A stretch of DNA of 64,000 nucleotides, taken from Chiloscyllium plagiosum. Taxonomy: Eukaryota. Of this stretch, positions 38,461-50,130 are shown one piece after another; within the stretch, counting starts at the first letter, position 1, and each line of letters starts with the position of its first letter. Position numbers and translations under genes: made by a program. Location: the NCBI RefSeq assembly GCF_004010195.1, contig NC_057752.1:13485426-13549425 (forward strand), in the 5' to 3' direction. A model generated the notes under the pieces. It saw only the letters and a list, made by a program, of their open reading frames with translations. It was not told the origin of the DNA and searched no databases.

Positions 38461-39355
38461 CTGGAGCGAAAGAGAAAAGAGGCAAAGCAGCTGGTCAGGC
38501 AAGCGACGGTCTGAACTGGGACTTGCGTCCATTCTCATTCTCATAGTTTGAACCCAGGCCATTCACAACATGGTGTCTGATTGGGTCATGGATCTTGAGC
38601 ATGTTCCCCCCCGCCGTGAAAGTAGGGAAGAAGGGACGGTGGGAGAGAGGGGGAGGCGATAGGGGTGGTATTAAAGCAGAACGAGATTCGCTCACATCAA
38701 GCCTGTGACCCATAGCGGGCATTTGCCCACCCCCTTGGTTTGAATCCAGGCCATTCTCACTTGCCTGCTTTTGCCCCATATCCCTGTAAACTTTCCCCTT
38801 GCTGTTAAACCTTATAACTGTACCCGCTTCTACCACTTCCTCTGGCAGCCCATTCCACACACACACCACCCTGTGTGAGAAAACGTTGCCCTTAGGTCTC
38901 TTTTATATCTTTCCCCTCTCACCCTACACCTATTCCCTCTAGTTCTGGACTCCCCGACCCCAGGGAAGAGACTTTGTCTATTTATCCTATCCATGCCCCT
39001 CATGATTTTATAAACCTCTATAAGGTCACCCCTCAGCCTTCGACGCTCCAGGGGAAAAAGCATTAGCCTATTCAGCCTCTCCCTGTAGCTCACACCCTCA
39101 AAGCTCTTGTCGATCTTTCTTTCGCCCTTTCCAGTTTAATAACATCCTTCTTTGGTGGGCCAAATGGCCTCTTTCCTTAATGTAGGGATTCTGAGAGCTG
39201 GGATGGTAGTCTGGCCCCGAAAATCAGGCCGGGCCTCGTTCTTAACCTGCCGAGGGCGGTGGGGTGGGATGGTTTCTCCGATATGTTTTTACTTCTATGC
39301 CATCAGCTAACAGTTCACTTTGAGGGCCTGAAAGCGCAAATCAGCCTTCACTCAC

Positions 39356-39593
39356 CCAAATGTCCCTGTCTTGTTAAATGTGGATCAAATCCAACTTGCT
39401 GCAACTTTTCCGTTCGGGCAAGGAAGAAGTTGATGACAGCATCTGTGACGACACAGTTAGGGAAGCCTTCCACAGCATGGTAGTATCCCGGGCGAATTCT
39501 AAGGCAGTCTCCCTCCTTCCCGCCAGCTTGCACACTGAGTTTGTGGAGAAACGTGGCTGAGTATGTTGTCACCTCTCGCACTGAGCCTCCGAC
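39356..39593 (-). CDS. B4GALNT1: B4GALNT1-like copy A, penultimate exon: VGGSVREVTTYSATF...GFPNCVVTDAVINFFLARTEKLQQVGFDPHLTRQGHL
   Basis: 238 nt, ttccag acceptor and gtgagt donor. In frame with both neighbouring exons; family motif GFP.CVVTD.V.NFFLART.K...VGFDP. Confidence 0.96.
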
Positions 39594-41206
39594 CTGGAAC
39601 AGATCGAAAAACAGCTCTACATTGCAGTGGCAAAGTCGGAGATTTGGATATGGATAGGTTAGGCCAAGGGGCCACAATTTGGCAGCTGCAGTTTAACACG
39701 GATAACGGTGGTCAGAGGAATGGAAAGGCAACTTATTATTCCAATGGACAGAGACTTAAGGGTGCTTTGGTGCAGAGGGATCGGGGTGTGCTTTGTGCAC
39801 GAAACACAGAAAACTAGTCTGCAGGTACAGCAGGAAGGCACGTGGAATTTTAACAGCCGAAGGAGCGGAGTATAAAAGAAGTGTTGCTGCAACTGTACCA
39901 GTGAGGGCTGGTGAGCTCAGGAATATCAGATTTAAAACAGAGCTGAGGAGGAATTACTGCTCTGAAAGGGTCGTGAGTCTATGGAATTCATTCCCCCAGA
40001 GTGCAGTGGTTGCTGGGATGGAGACACACAGATTTTTAATGGGTTGAAGGGTGATGGAGAGCGGGCAGTAAAGTGGAGTTGAGGCCAAGATGAGATCAGC
40101 CATGATTGTCACAAATGGCACAGCTAGCTCGAGGGGCTGAATGGCCTGCTCCTGCTTTTAGTTCTTAGGTACAAAAGGATGATTTTGAAGCCATGTTATC
40201 AGCATGGGCTCCACAGTGGAAATGGAGTGGAGTGAGAACAATCAAAAGCACAGGCTTTCTCTGTCTGTACACTTCACCAAGTGACGGAATGTGAGCGTAC
40301 AGTTCCGAAGGGTCTGCTAACATTATCGAACAATGTACATTATCGGCCACTGTGGTAGCAAAAACAGGAAGGTGGATTATTCTCTGAGTGGCGAGAGATT
40401 GGGAAAGGGGGAGGTGCAGTGGTGAGACCTGGGTGCCCTTGTGCACCAGTCACTGTAAGTAAGCCTGCAGGGGGCAGCAGGAGGTGGCAAAGGTCAATGG
40501 GATGTTGGGCCTTCATAGTGAGAGGGTTCGCGTACAGGAGCAGGGATGTCTTGCTGCAGTTGGACAGGGCCTTGGTGAGACCACACCTGGAGTATTGTGT
40601 GCAGTTTGGGTCTCCTTATCTGAGGAAGGATGTTCTGGTGATGGAGGGAGTACAGCAAAGGTTTCCCAGACTGATTCCTGGGATGGCAGGACTGACGTAT
40701 GAAGAGAGACTGAATCAGTTAGGACTATATTCACTGGAGTTTAGAACAAGGGTAGATCTAATAGAAACCTATAAAATGCTATCAGGACTGAACAGGGTAA
40801 ACACATAGAAGGATGTTCCCAATTTTGGGGGAATCCAGAACCAGAGGGTCACAGTTTAAGGAGACAGGGGAGGCCATTTCGGACTGAGCTGAGGAGAAAT
40901 GTCTTCACCAAAGAGTGAGAAGCCTGTGGAATTCTCTGCCACAGAAAGCAGTTGAAGCCAAAACATTGAATGTTTTTAAGAAGGGGTTAAATATAGTTCT
41001 TAGAGCTAAAGGGATCAAAGGGTATGGGAACAGGGAACTGAGTTGGATGATCAGACATGGTCGTATTGAATGGGGGGAGCAAGTTTGAAGGGCTGAATGG
41101 TCTACTCCTGCTCCTATTTTCTATGTTTCAACATAAATTGGAAGTTGTCAAGAGGCAGTGTCTCTTGTGATACGGCTATTATTTGACACAGGGGGATTGA
41201 GCTCAC

Positions 41207-41347
41207 TATATCCAATGTCGTTTTCTCAAGAATGTCCACCATTTTCTCCAGCTTGGTGTCTGCAGCGAAGATGAAGTCATCGTCGACCCAGAGCAGATAC
41301 TTTGTTCTGACCTGGGAGACTGCCAAGTTCCGCCCAGCAAACCAGCC
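41207..41347 (-). CDS. B4GALNT1: B4GALNT1-like copy A, catalytic GT2 exon with the DDD motif: [47 protein letters not shown]
   Basis: 141 nt, phase 0-0, ccccag acceptor and gtgagc donor. Contains the [22 protein letters not shown] signature. Confidence 0.96.
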
Positions 41348-43499
41348 CTGGGGAGATAAGCAACGATGAATTGAAGCAACAGCAATGAGATACTGACCAC
41401 CCCCTCACTTAACCAGAGTCTGTCTCTGCCTTCAAATTATTCAAAGACACTGCTTGCACCTCCATTTCAGGAGTTCCGAACCCTCTCAAACATCTGAGAG
41501 AAAAATAATGGTCTCATTTTTGTTTCAAATGGGAGACCCCCTGAGTTGTAAATAACGACCCCAATTTTACTTTGTTTCACAAGAGGAAATAAATATCTTG
41601 CTTTTCTGAACTCCAGTGGATACAAGCCAAACCTGTCCAACCTTTCCTCATTCTAGGCTAAGTATTGGTCTCAACTGCCTCCAATGCCTTTCTATCCTTT
41701 CTTAATCCTGTACACAGTGCTCCTGTCTGTGTGGAGGTTGCACATTCTCCCAGTGTCTGTGTGGGTTCCTCCCACAGTCTAAAGATGTGCAGGTTAGGGT
41801 GGATTGACCATGCTAAATTGTCCTATAGTGTCCAGGGATCTGTAGGTTAGGTCCATTAGTCGGGGTAAATGTAGGGTAAGGGAATGGGTCTGGGTGGGCT
41901 ACTCTTCGGAGGGTCAGTGTGGACTTGTTGGGCCGAATGGCCTGTTTCCACACTGTCAGGATTCTATGATTCTATGTAGTCTCACCACTGTCCTGTATAA
42001 CTGGAGCATAACCTCCCTACTCGTGTCCAATTCCCCTCACAATAAACTGTAGCATTCTATGAACTTTCCTGATGTGCCTGTGATCTAACCTTCTGTAGTT
42101 TATGCACTAGGATACCCAGATCTGTCTGCATCTCAGAGTTCTGCAATCTCTCACCATTTAGATAATATCCTTCTTTTTTATTCTTCCTGCCAATATTATC
42201 TGCCATTTGTCACATATTTGCCCACTCACTTGCCCTTCCTATACCTTTTTGTAACCACCTTGTTTCTGTTTCACATCTTCCCTTCCTACCTGTCTTTGTA
42301 GCATCAGCTAATGGAATACCTTTGTTTCCTTCATCCAAATCACTTGTAGAAGTTGTGAAGGGTTGAATCCCCAGCACCAACTCCTGTGGCACACCACTTG
42401 GGACATCCTGCCAGCCTGATAAAGACCCATTTGTTCCTATTGTCTATATCCCATTAGTCTGTCAATCATTTATCCATGTCAAAATATTACACCTTACACC
42501 ATGGCCTCTTATTTTTCTCAATAACCTTTGGTGTGACACTTGATCAAATGCCGCCTGGAAATCTAAATATAATGCATCCACTGGCTTCCCATTACCTACA
42601 GTACGTAACCTCCTCAAAGAATTCCAATAGCTTGGCCTAAACAATTGGGACAGCACAGTGGTTAGCACTGCTGCCTCCTAGCACCAGGGACCCAGGTTCA
42701 ATTCCACCCTCGGGTGANNNNNNNNNNNNNNNNNNNNNNNNNNNNNNNNNNNNNNNNNNNNNNNNNNNNNNNNNNNNNNNNNNNNNNNNNNNNNNNNNNN
42801 NNNNNNNNNNNNNNNNNNNNNNNNNNNNNNNNNNNNNNNNNNNNNNNNNNNNNNNNNNNNNNNNNNNNNNNNNNNNNNNNNNNNNNNNNNNNNNNNNNNN
42901 NNNNNNNNNNNNNNNNNNNNNNNNNNNNNNNNNNNNNNNNNNNNNNNNNNNNNNNNNNNNNNNNNNNNNNNNNNNNNNNNNNNNNNNNNNNNNNNNNNNN
43001 NNNNNNNNNNNNNNNNNNNNNNNNNNNNNNNNNNNNNNNNNNNNNNNNNNNNNNNNNNNNNNNNNNNNNNNNNNNNNNNNNNNNNNNNNNNNNNNNNNNN
43101 NNNNNNNNNNNNNNNNNNNNNNNNNNNNNNNNNNNNNNNNNNNNNNNNNNNNNNNNNNNNNNNNNNNNNNNNNNNNNNNNNNNNNNNNNNNNNNNNNNNN
43201 NNNNNNNNNNNNNNNNNGAGATGAGCTTAGATTTCCAAATGTTAAAGATGCTGGAAATTCCAGCACAGAGTTATTATAGCTATAGGCACAGCTCACTGTG
43301 TGTGGAGCCCCTGATCTTTCATATCATTTTTCTACGGTTTTGCTGATAACCGAACGGAGATTGGATTGGACCCCCTGGTCTTGTTAACTACTTGTCAGCT
43401 TGGCTATGGTTTGCTTCTGTTCATTGTTAAGAGATCTAACCAGTACGAAGCCAGGATTTCTCACTGTTATGGTGAGCTTACAGAGCAAAGCTGTGGAGC

Positions 43500-43870
43500 T
43501 GCAATGGCTTAGTGGCATTATCGTCAGACCATTACACCAGAGACCCAAGTAATGTTCTGAGGACCTGGAATCAAATCCTGCCACAGCAGATGGTGGAATC
43601 TGAATTCAATTTTACAAATCTGGAATTAAGAGTCTAATGACGGCCACCAAAATCATTCCCAATTGTCAGAAAAATCCCATCTAGTTGACGGATGTCCTTT
43701 CGGGAAGGAAGTCTGCCGTCCTTACCCAGTCTGGGCCTACACGTGACTCCAGACCCACAGCCAACGTGGTTGACTCTTAACTGCCCTCTGAAATAGGCAA
43801 TTCAAGGGCAATTAGAGACAGGCAACAAATATTGGCTTTGCCAGCCTACATCCCAAGGAAGAATGATAAG
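43500..43870 (+). mobile_element. tRNA-derived SINE (second family), full length
   Basis: tggcttagtgg A-box-like and gaatcaaatcc B-box-like motifs; 3' end resembles the tail of the second LINE family. Partial copies at ~8115-8330, 24440-24660, 33280-33500 and 60330-60530. Confidence 0.7.
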
Positions 43871-44046
43871 ATCTCTGATAGGATAATGCTCACAGCCTTG
43901 CTACAAGGGCTTTTGTGCTAATAAGTGTTACTTCACTCTGCCAGGGACTACACTGGGAAAAAAAAGGCATTCCAGCACTTTGCAACCTTCTGAATTTAGG
44001 TAAGGTAATATATAAAGGCACGCCCTTCCGGCTTTGTTTTTCTGAC

Positions 44047-44153
44047 CTGGTATTAAGATGGTTTTCATCGGCCTCACTTCAACACCTTGAATGGGGTATT
44101 CCAAGGGAGAATTTGCTTTGGCAAACAGCAACGCATCTGCAGAAGACCTGGTC
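44047..44153 (-). CDS. B4GALNT1: B4GALNT1-like copy A, internal exon: [35 protein letters not shown](G)
   Basis: 107 nt, cttctag acceptor and gtcaga donor. Matches the B4GALNT motif '[32 protein letters not shown]'. Confidence 0.92.
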
Positions 44154-44544
44154 CTAGAAGGGTACCAAAATACAGAAGGTAAAGCAAGAAATCCAAACAG
44201 AAAATGCTGCAAACACTCAGTAGGCTTTGCAGAATCTGTTGAGAGAAAAACAGAGTTAATATGAGAGAGGTCTTGGTCTCCTGGTACATAAACCAGATTT
44301 GGAAATTTATCGCCGTTCCTTCACTGTCGCTGGGTCAAAGTCCTGGAATTCCCTCCCTCAGGGCATTGTGGGTCAAGCTACAGCACGTGGACTGCAGCGG
44401 TTCAAGATGGCAGCTCACCCCCCCCACCTTCTCAACTAGGGACAGGTAATAAATGCAGGGCCCAGCCTGTGACGCCCATGTCCCATTAGTAAATTTTTCA
44501 AATACATAAAGTTGGTATGCAGATGCAGCAAGTCATTTGGAAGT

Positions 44545-45310
44545 CAAATTGCACTATGGAAAAGCAAATCAGGACAGGACTTATACACTTAATGGTAAGG
44601 TGCAGGGGAGTGTTGCTGAACAAAGAGACCTTGGAGTGCAGGTTCATAGCTCCTTGAAAGTGGAGTCGCAGGTAGACAGGATAGTGAAGGCGGCATTTGG
44701 GAAGCTTTCCTTTATTAATCAGAGTATTGAGTACAGGAGTTGGGAGGCCATTTTGGGGCTGTACAGGACATTGGTTAGGCCACTTTTGGAATACTGCATT
44801 CAATTCTGGTCTCCTTCCAATCGGAAGGACGTTGTGAAACTTGAAAAGGTTCAGAAAAGACTTACAAGGATGTTGCCAGGATTGGAGGGCTTGAGTTATA
44901 GTGGGAGGGTGAATAGGCTGGGGCTGTGTTCCCTGGAGTGTCAGAGGCTGAGGGGTGACCTTATAGAGGATTATAAAATCATGAAGGACATGGATAGGAC
45001 AAAGTCTTTTTTCCCCAGGGTAGAGGAGTCCAGAACTAGAGGGCATAGGTTTAGGGTGAGAGGGGAAAGATATAAAAGGAACCTGAGGGGCAACATTTTC
45101 ACAGAGAGGGTGGTACGTGTATGGAATGAGCTGTCAGAGGAAGTGGTGGAGGCTGGTACAATTGCAACATTTAAAAGGCATCTGGATGGGTACATGAATA
45201 GGAAGGGTTTGGAGGGATATGGGCCGGGTGCTGGCAAATGGGACTAGATTTGATTCGGATATCTGTCCAGCATGGATGACTTTTCGTGCTGTACATCTCT
45301 ATGACTCTAA
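44545..45310 (+). mobile_element. CR1 (HER1-like) 3' fragment with an open ORF2 C-terminus (236 aa ORF)
   Basis: ORF 44537-45247, EQRDLGVQVHSSLKV...KRHLDGYMNRKGLEGYG. Confidence 0.93.
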
Positions 45311-47399
45311 AGGCTTTATTGCATGGAATATAGAACATAAAGCAGGGAATGGGTACTGCAGCAGTACAGAGACTTGGTGAGACCAGATCTGGAGTATCGT
45401 GTACAGCTTCGCTCTCCTTATTTGAAAAAAACATTCAAGTGCATTTGAAGCAGTTCAGAGAATGTTCATTCAGCTCATTCCTGGGACAAAGGGCTTATCT
45501 TACAAAGCAAAGTTGAACAGATTGGACCTATTGGAGTTTAGAAAAATGAGAAGTGATTTTATTGGAGATTTATGTTTGATTTAGATGTGCTCGCTACCTC
45601 AGAAAGACCGAAACAATATGCCCCAAACAGTCCTAATATCGCTGGCTGTAAGTGGACGAGAGAAGTCATCCATGCTGACCAGATATCCGAATCAAATCTA
45701 GTCCCATTTGCCAGCACCTGGCCCATATCCCTCCAAACCCTTCCTATTCATGTACCCATCCAGATGCCTTTTAAATGTTGCAATTGTACCAGCCAGATGT
45801 TCCTCAAGTCCAATTCCCCATGTTGTGCAGATCCCCTCCCTCACTCAGTCCCTCTTACACCAACGCAGCTCAGACCAGGATAGCAGCAGCGTGTGTTCTA
45901 ATTCCAGCTAATGTGATGACTAGACAAGTGTTATGATCAGACACCGAAATGTGGCTTGATAGATTTTTTTTTTGTTTTACTGAGGTACACTTTAAAACAG
46001 AAGTTTATTATACACAAGGAATGAGAATTGAAATAAAATAAAACAAACTATTGACATATAGAAGATTGAAGACTCTTGAAACTTAATAAAATACACTCCC
46101 ATTAATCCCAAAAGCATTCCTTTACAGTCATCACATTAGAGAGAATTCCCTTATTTTGTCTATGAGGCTTAATTAACTGTGGCTTCAATTCTCTGTCTTG
46201 AGAATCTGATAGCCTCGACCTGGAGCTATCGTATAACTGAGCTTAGACTTTCTCAGTTTCAAATAACCTCCTCAGGGTTTTAACAGAGCACCTCTGGTAT
46301 AGAACAAGCAAACTAAACTCCTTTCCCTAAGGTAAACTTTTTTTTTTAAAAACAGTTCCAAATTCGTTCCTTTTCTCAGGAGAAATTCTTGTACAGTTTT
46401 AGACAAAACGTCTGTAGTTTGACCCCAAACAGTAAATCTTCTGCTGCCGCCCCACCCCCACCCGTCCAAGTTATGGGTATTTCCCCTCATCTAAACAGAA
46501 TGCCTGACACACAAGCACTTATTTTGTATGCTTGTACAAATTCTCCCAAAGTAAACAATCTCCCACTAGCTTCCAAGAACTATTCCCCTCAGACCATGTT
46601 TTAAAAGAAAGCGCCACAGTTGCAGAAATACTTACAAGTTAATCATAAAACCCCTTCAGACACACAGACCAAAACCTCAAATTCAAACTGTAAGATAAAC
46701 GATATTATAGATAAACCACACCTTTTTACCACAAGTGGGAGAATTGAATTCGCCTCCCCTCCTCTCTCCTGTGGTCATTGACATTGAGGTGAAGGGTCAA
46801 AGATGATAGTGCAGCACATTACTGAAGGCGAGAGGAGTAGGAGCTAGTAGGAAGCAGTAGTTAAATTGATACCAAGCTTGAGTGAAGTGTGTTCGAGTCA
46901 GTGAAGACTGAAGGCCATCATGTGTCGAGTTTGAGGCAGACCAAAAGAATGAGTTGGAGGAGACGACAGTTTTAGGACACAGGGAGAAAAGTGTGTTGAT
47001 TAGATGTTTGAAATTTAGGAGGCAGAAACGAGGAAAGCTCAGGAGTCTGCCATAGGAGAGAAAATCTAATAAAGTCAGCTCAGAAAGGACGGCAAAGGCG
47101 GCCATAATGGTGGCAGTTGACTGATCTTGCAAGACACAAAAGAAACCACGAGAGGAATTGAACCTTACTTTGGGTGCAAAACCTGACAATTTCTGCTGCC
47201 CTTCATACAACAGTGAAAAGCACACAGGAAGTGTGCCGATCGCCATCTTGGATCAAGCAACCTTTGGTCGTCCTAGCAGCTCTCTGTTCGGGTCATGGCC
47301 TAAAGGCAGCGCTTACAGTCTGTCTGTCACTTCCTTTGTTGAACTGGACTGTGGTTGACTGGCCTTGGGCAGCCGTATTAGGGGTCCTCACACAGGCTT

Positions 47400-49270
47400 G
47401 AGGAACACAGGGACAAGAATGCCTTCCTGCAATAATCCAGGGTCTGGAAGAGACCACACCTGGAGTACTGTGCGCAGTTTATCCGAGGAAGAATATTCTA
47501 ACGATGGAGAGAATGCAGCAAAGGGTTGCCAGACTGATTCCTGGAATGACTGATGCCAAGGTTGACATATAAAGGGAGAGTGAGTCGGTTAGGATTGTAT
47601 TGCCTGGAGATTAGGAGAATGAGGGCTGGGGTGGGGGTCTTATAGAAACCGAGAAAATTCGCAGAAATTAGATGTAGGATTCTGATGGTTGGGGATTCCA
47701 GAACAGGGATATGGGAGAGGCCATTTAGAACTGAGATGAGGAGAGATATCTTCACCCAGAGTCATAGAGATGTACAGCACGGAAACAGGCCCTTCGGTCC
47801 AACCCATCCATGCTGACCAGATATCCTTAATTCATCTAATCCCATTTGCGAGCACTTGGCCCATAGCCCTCTAAACCCTTCCTATTCATGTCCCCATCCA
47901 GATGCCTTTTAAATGATGCAATTGTACCAGCCTCCACCACTTCCTCTGGCAGCTCATTCCACTCATATACTACCCTCTGTGTGAAAACATTGCCCCTTAG
48001 GTCTGTTTTGTATCTTTCCCCTCTCAACCTGAACCGACACCCTCTAGTTCTGGACTCCCCCACCCCAGGGAAAAGACCTTGTCTATTTATCCTATCCATG
48101 CCCCTCATAATTTTACAAAACTCTATAAGTTTTGTAAACTCTATAACTTGTAACTCTATAACTCCTCAGCCTCCAACACTCCAGGGAAAACAGCCCCAGC
48201 CTGTTCAGCCTCTCCCTATAGCTCAAATCCTCCAACCCTGGCAACATCCTTGTAAATCTTTTCTGAACCCTTTCAAGTTTCACAACATCTTTCCGATAAG
48301 AAGGAGACCAGAATTGCATGCAATATTCCAACAGTGGCCTAACCAATGTCCTGTACAGCTGCAACATGACCTCCCAACTCCTGTACTCAATGCTCTGACC
48401 AATCAAGTAAAGCACACTATCCTATCTACCTGCGACTCCACTTTCAAGGAGCTAGGAACCTGCACTCCAAGGTCTCCAAGAGACTCAAAGTGAACATTTC
48501 AGGCTGTGGACCTCTCATTAGCACCAGAGAGGAGCTGAGTGTTTTTCTTTTAAGGGAGTGGGAAGGGTGTGAGGTCAAGAAGAACAAAGGAGAAAGTCTG
48601 TGCTGGAGGTCGAGAGGGGGATTTTATGATGCAGCTTCCAAAACGCCTCATGGGATGCAGTCAGTCAGAGCATTGAGTGGAGAAGTTAGGACATTACGTT
48701 GCTGCTGCACAGGAAGTTGGTGAGGCCGCACTTGGAGTATTGTGTTCAGCTTTGGTCACCTTGCTGTAGGAAGGATGTTCTTAAACTGGAAAGAGTGCGG
48801 AAGAAAGTTACAAGGATGTTGCCAGGACTCAAGGGTCTGAGTAACAGGGAGAGAGGTTGGACAAGCTAGGGCCTTTTTCTTTAGAGCATAGGAGACTGAG
48901 GGGGGACCTTCTGGAGGTGTATAAGATCATGGGAGGTATTGACAGGGTGAATATACTCAGTCTTTTTCCCAGCTTTGGGAATCGAGGACTAGAGGGCATC
49001 AGTTTAAGGTTAGAGGGGAAAGAATAAAAGGGAACCTGAGGGTCAACATTTTTACACAGAGGGTGGTACACGGTGGAATGAGCTGCCAGCAGAAGTGGTT
49101 GAGATGGGTATACTAACAATACTTAAAAGGCATTTGGACAAATACATGGGCAGGAAAGGTTTAGAAGGACATGGGCCAAGTGCAGAGAAATGGGGTTCGT
49201 GTGGATGGATATTTTGGTCGGAATGGACCAGTTTGGGCCTGTCTCTGTCCCGTCGGACTCTATGACTCTA
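47400..49270. mobile_element. CR1 fragments in alternating orientation (47400-47758 +, 47759-48478 -, 48665-49270 +)
   Basis: ORFs 47836-48108 and 48113-48415 are CR1 ORF2 C-terminus. Confidence 0.85.
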
Positions 49271-49354
49271 AAGGACACAGGCTGTGCTTAAATGAGACAG
49301 AAACTGCCACAAAGCATTACCTGAAGGGATTAAGAAAAAAAACAAAGCTGAGAA

Positions 49355-49700
49355 CAAAGTGTCTGCGTGGGTTTCCTCCCACAGTCCAAAGATGTGCAGG
49401 TCAGGTGAATTGGCCATGCTACATTGCCGAAGAGAAAATGAGGTCTGCAGATGCTGGAGATCAGAGACGGAAATGTGTTGCTGGAGAAGCGCAGCAGGTC
49501 AGGCAGCATCTAGGGAACAGGAGAATCGACATTTCGGGCATTAGCCCTCCTTCAGGCTACATTGCCCACAGTGTTAGGTGAATTAGTCAGGGGTGAATAT
49601 AGGGTAGGGGAATGGGTTACTCTTCAGAGGGGTGGTGTGGACTTGTTGGGCCGAAGGGCCTGTTTCCATACTGTAGAGAATCTAATCTAGTCTAAATCTA
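49355..49700 (+). mobile_element. HE1-like SINE interrupted by a family A pLTR (49429-49555, -) with an 11-bp TSD
   Basis: gctacattgcc at 49418-49428 and 49556-49566; the SINE resumes colinearly after the insert. Confidence 0.85.
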
Positions 49701-49968
49701 AGCCAGCAGAGCAGAAGAGATGACAAATGAAGGAAAAACACGTTTCAAATAAGATCGTTCAGCTCTGCTACTGGGATGATGTTGCCACTGCATGCATGGG
49801 AGAGGAGATAGCAGTAAAAGAAGAGATCAAACTGCCTTTTAAAATATAGATGAGCCAGCAGGCCCAATTGGAGTGAGGTGATGTTCCTGGCTGACGTTTG
49901 GAAGACATTTTCCCATCACCCTTTCACTCTCGAAGTTACAAACGCATCGCGAATGGATCAAACCATAC

Positions 49969-50130
49969 CTTTCTCGAAAATGGTGATACTCCCTTTCCCG
50001 CCTTTGTTTGACCTCTTGGCGTTCTGCTGCGTCAAAGACCAGCTCCAAGTCGGTGATGGAGTCTCGATTGATGAGGTTGCCGAAGAAAGTCTTCTCTTCT
50101 TCACAGTTGCAATCATCTCTTGTCAGCTGA
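49969..50130 (-). CDS. B4GALNT1: B4GALNT1-like copy A, internal exon (stem region): QLTRDDCNCEEEKTFFGNLINRDSITDLELVFDAAERQEVKQRREREYHHFRE(R)
   Basis: 162 nt, acceptor tttctttgtctgcag and donor gtatgg on the minus strand. Resembles the B4GALNT1 segment 'NNCSCE...[28 protein letters not shown]'. Its phase-2 end joins the next exon in frame. Confidence 0.85.

Larger units (their letters stand above)
38740..42630. mobile_element. Intronic CR1 fragments (38740-39150 -, 39620-40165 +, 40330-41130 +, 41400-42630 -) and an HE1 SINE (~41725-41975 +) between the last three exons and up to the gap
   Basis: ORF2 C-terminal motifs LVRPHLEYCVQF and YLDFQAAFDQVSH. Confidence 0.8.

Noticed and set aside
44537..45247. 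236-aa ORF as a host gene (likewise 18796-19395, 21512-22267 and 62876-63466)
   Set aside because: These are LINE ORF2 fragments.
45925..46735. Possible solo LTRs (also ~55260-56730), both ending in tttttacca(c/t)a
   Set aside because: I could not identify TSDs, a PBS or a partner LTR by eye, so the call is unsupported.
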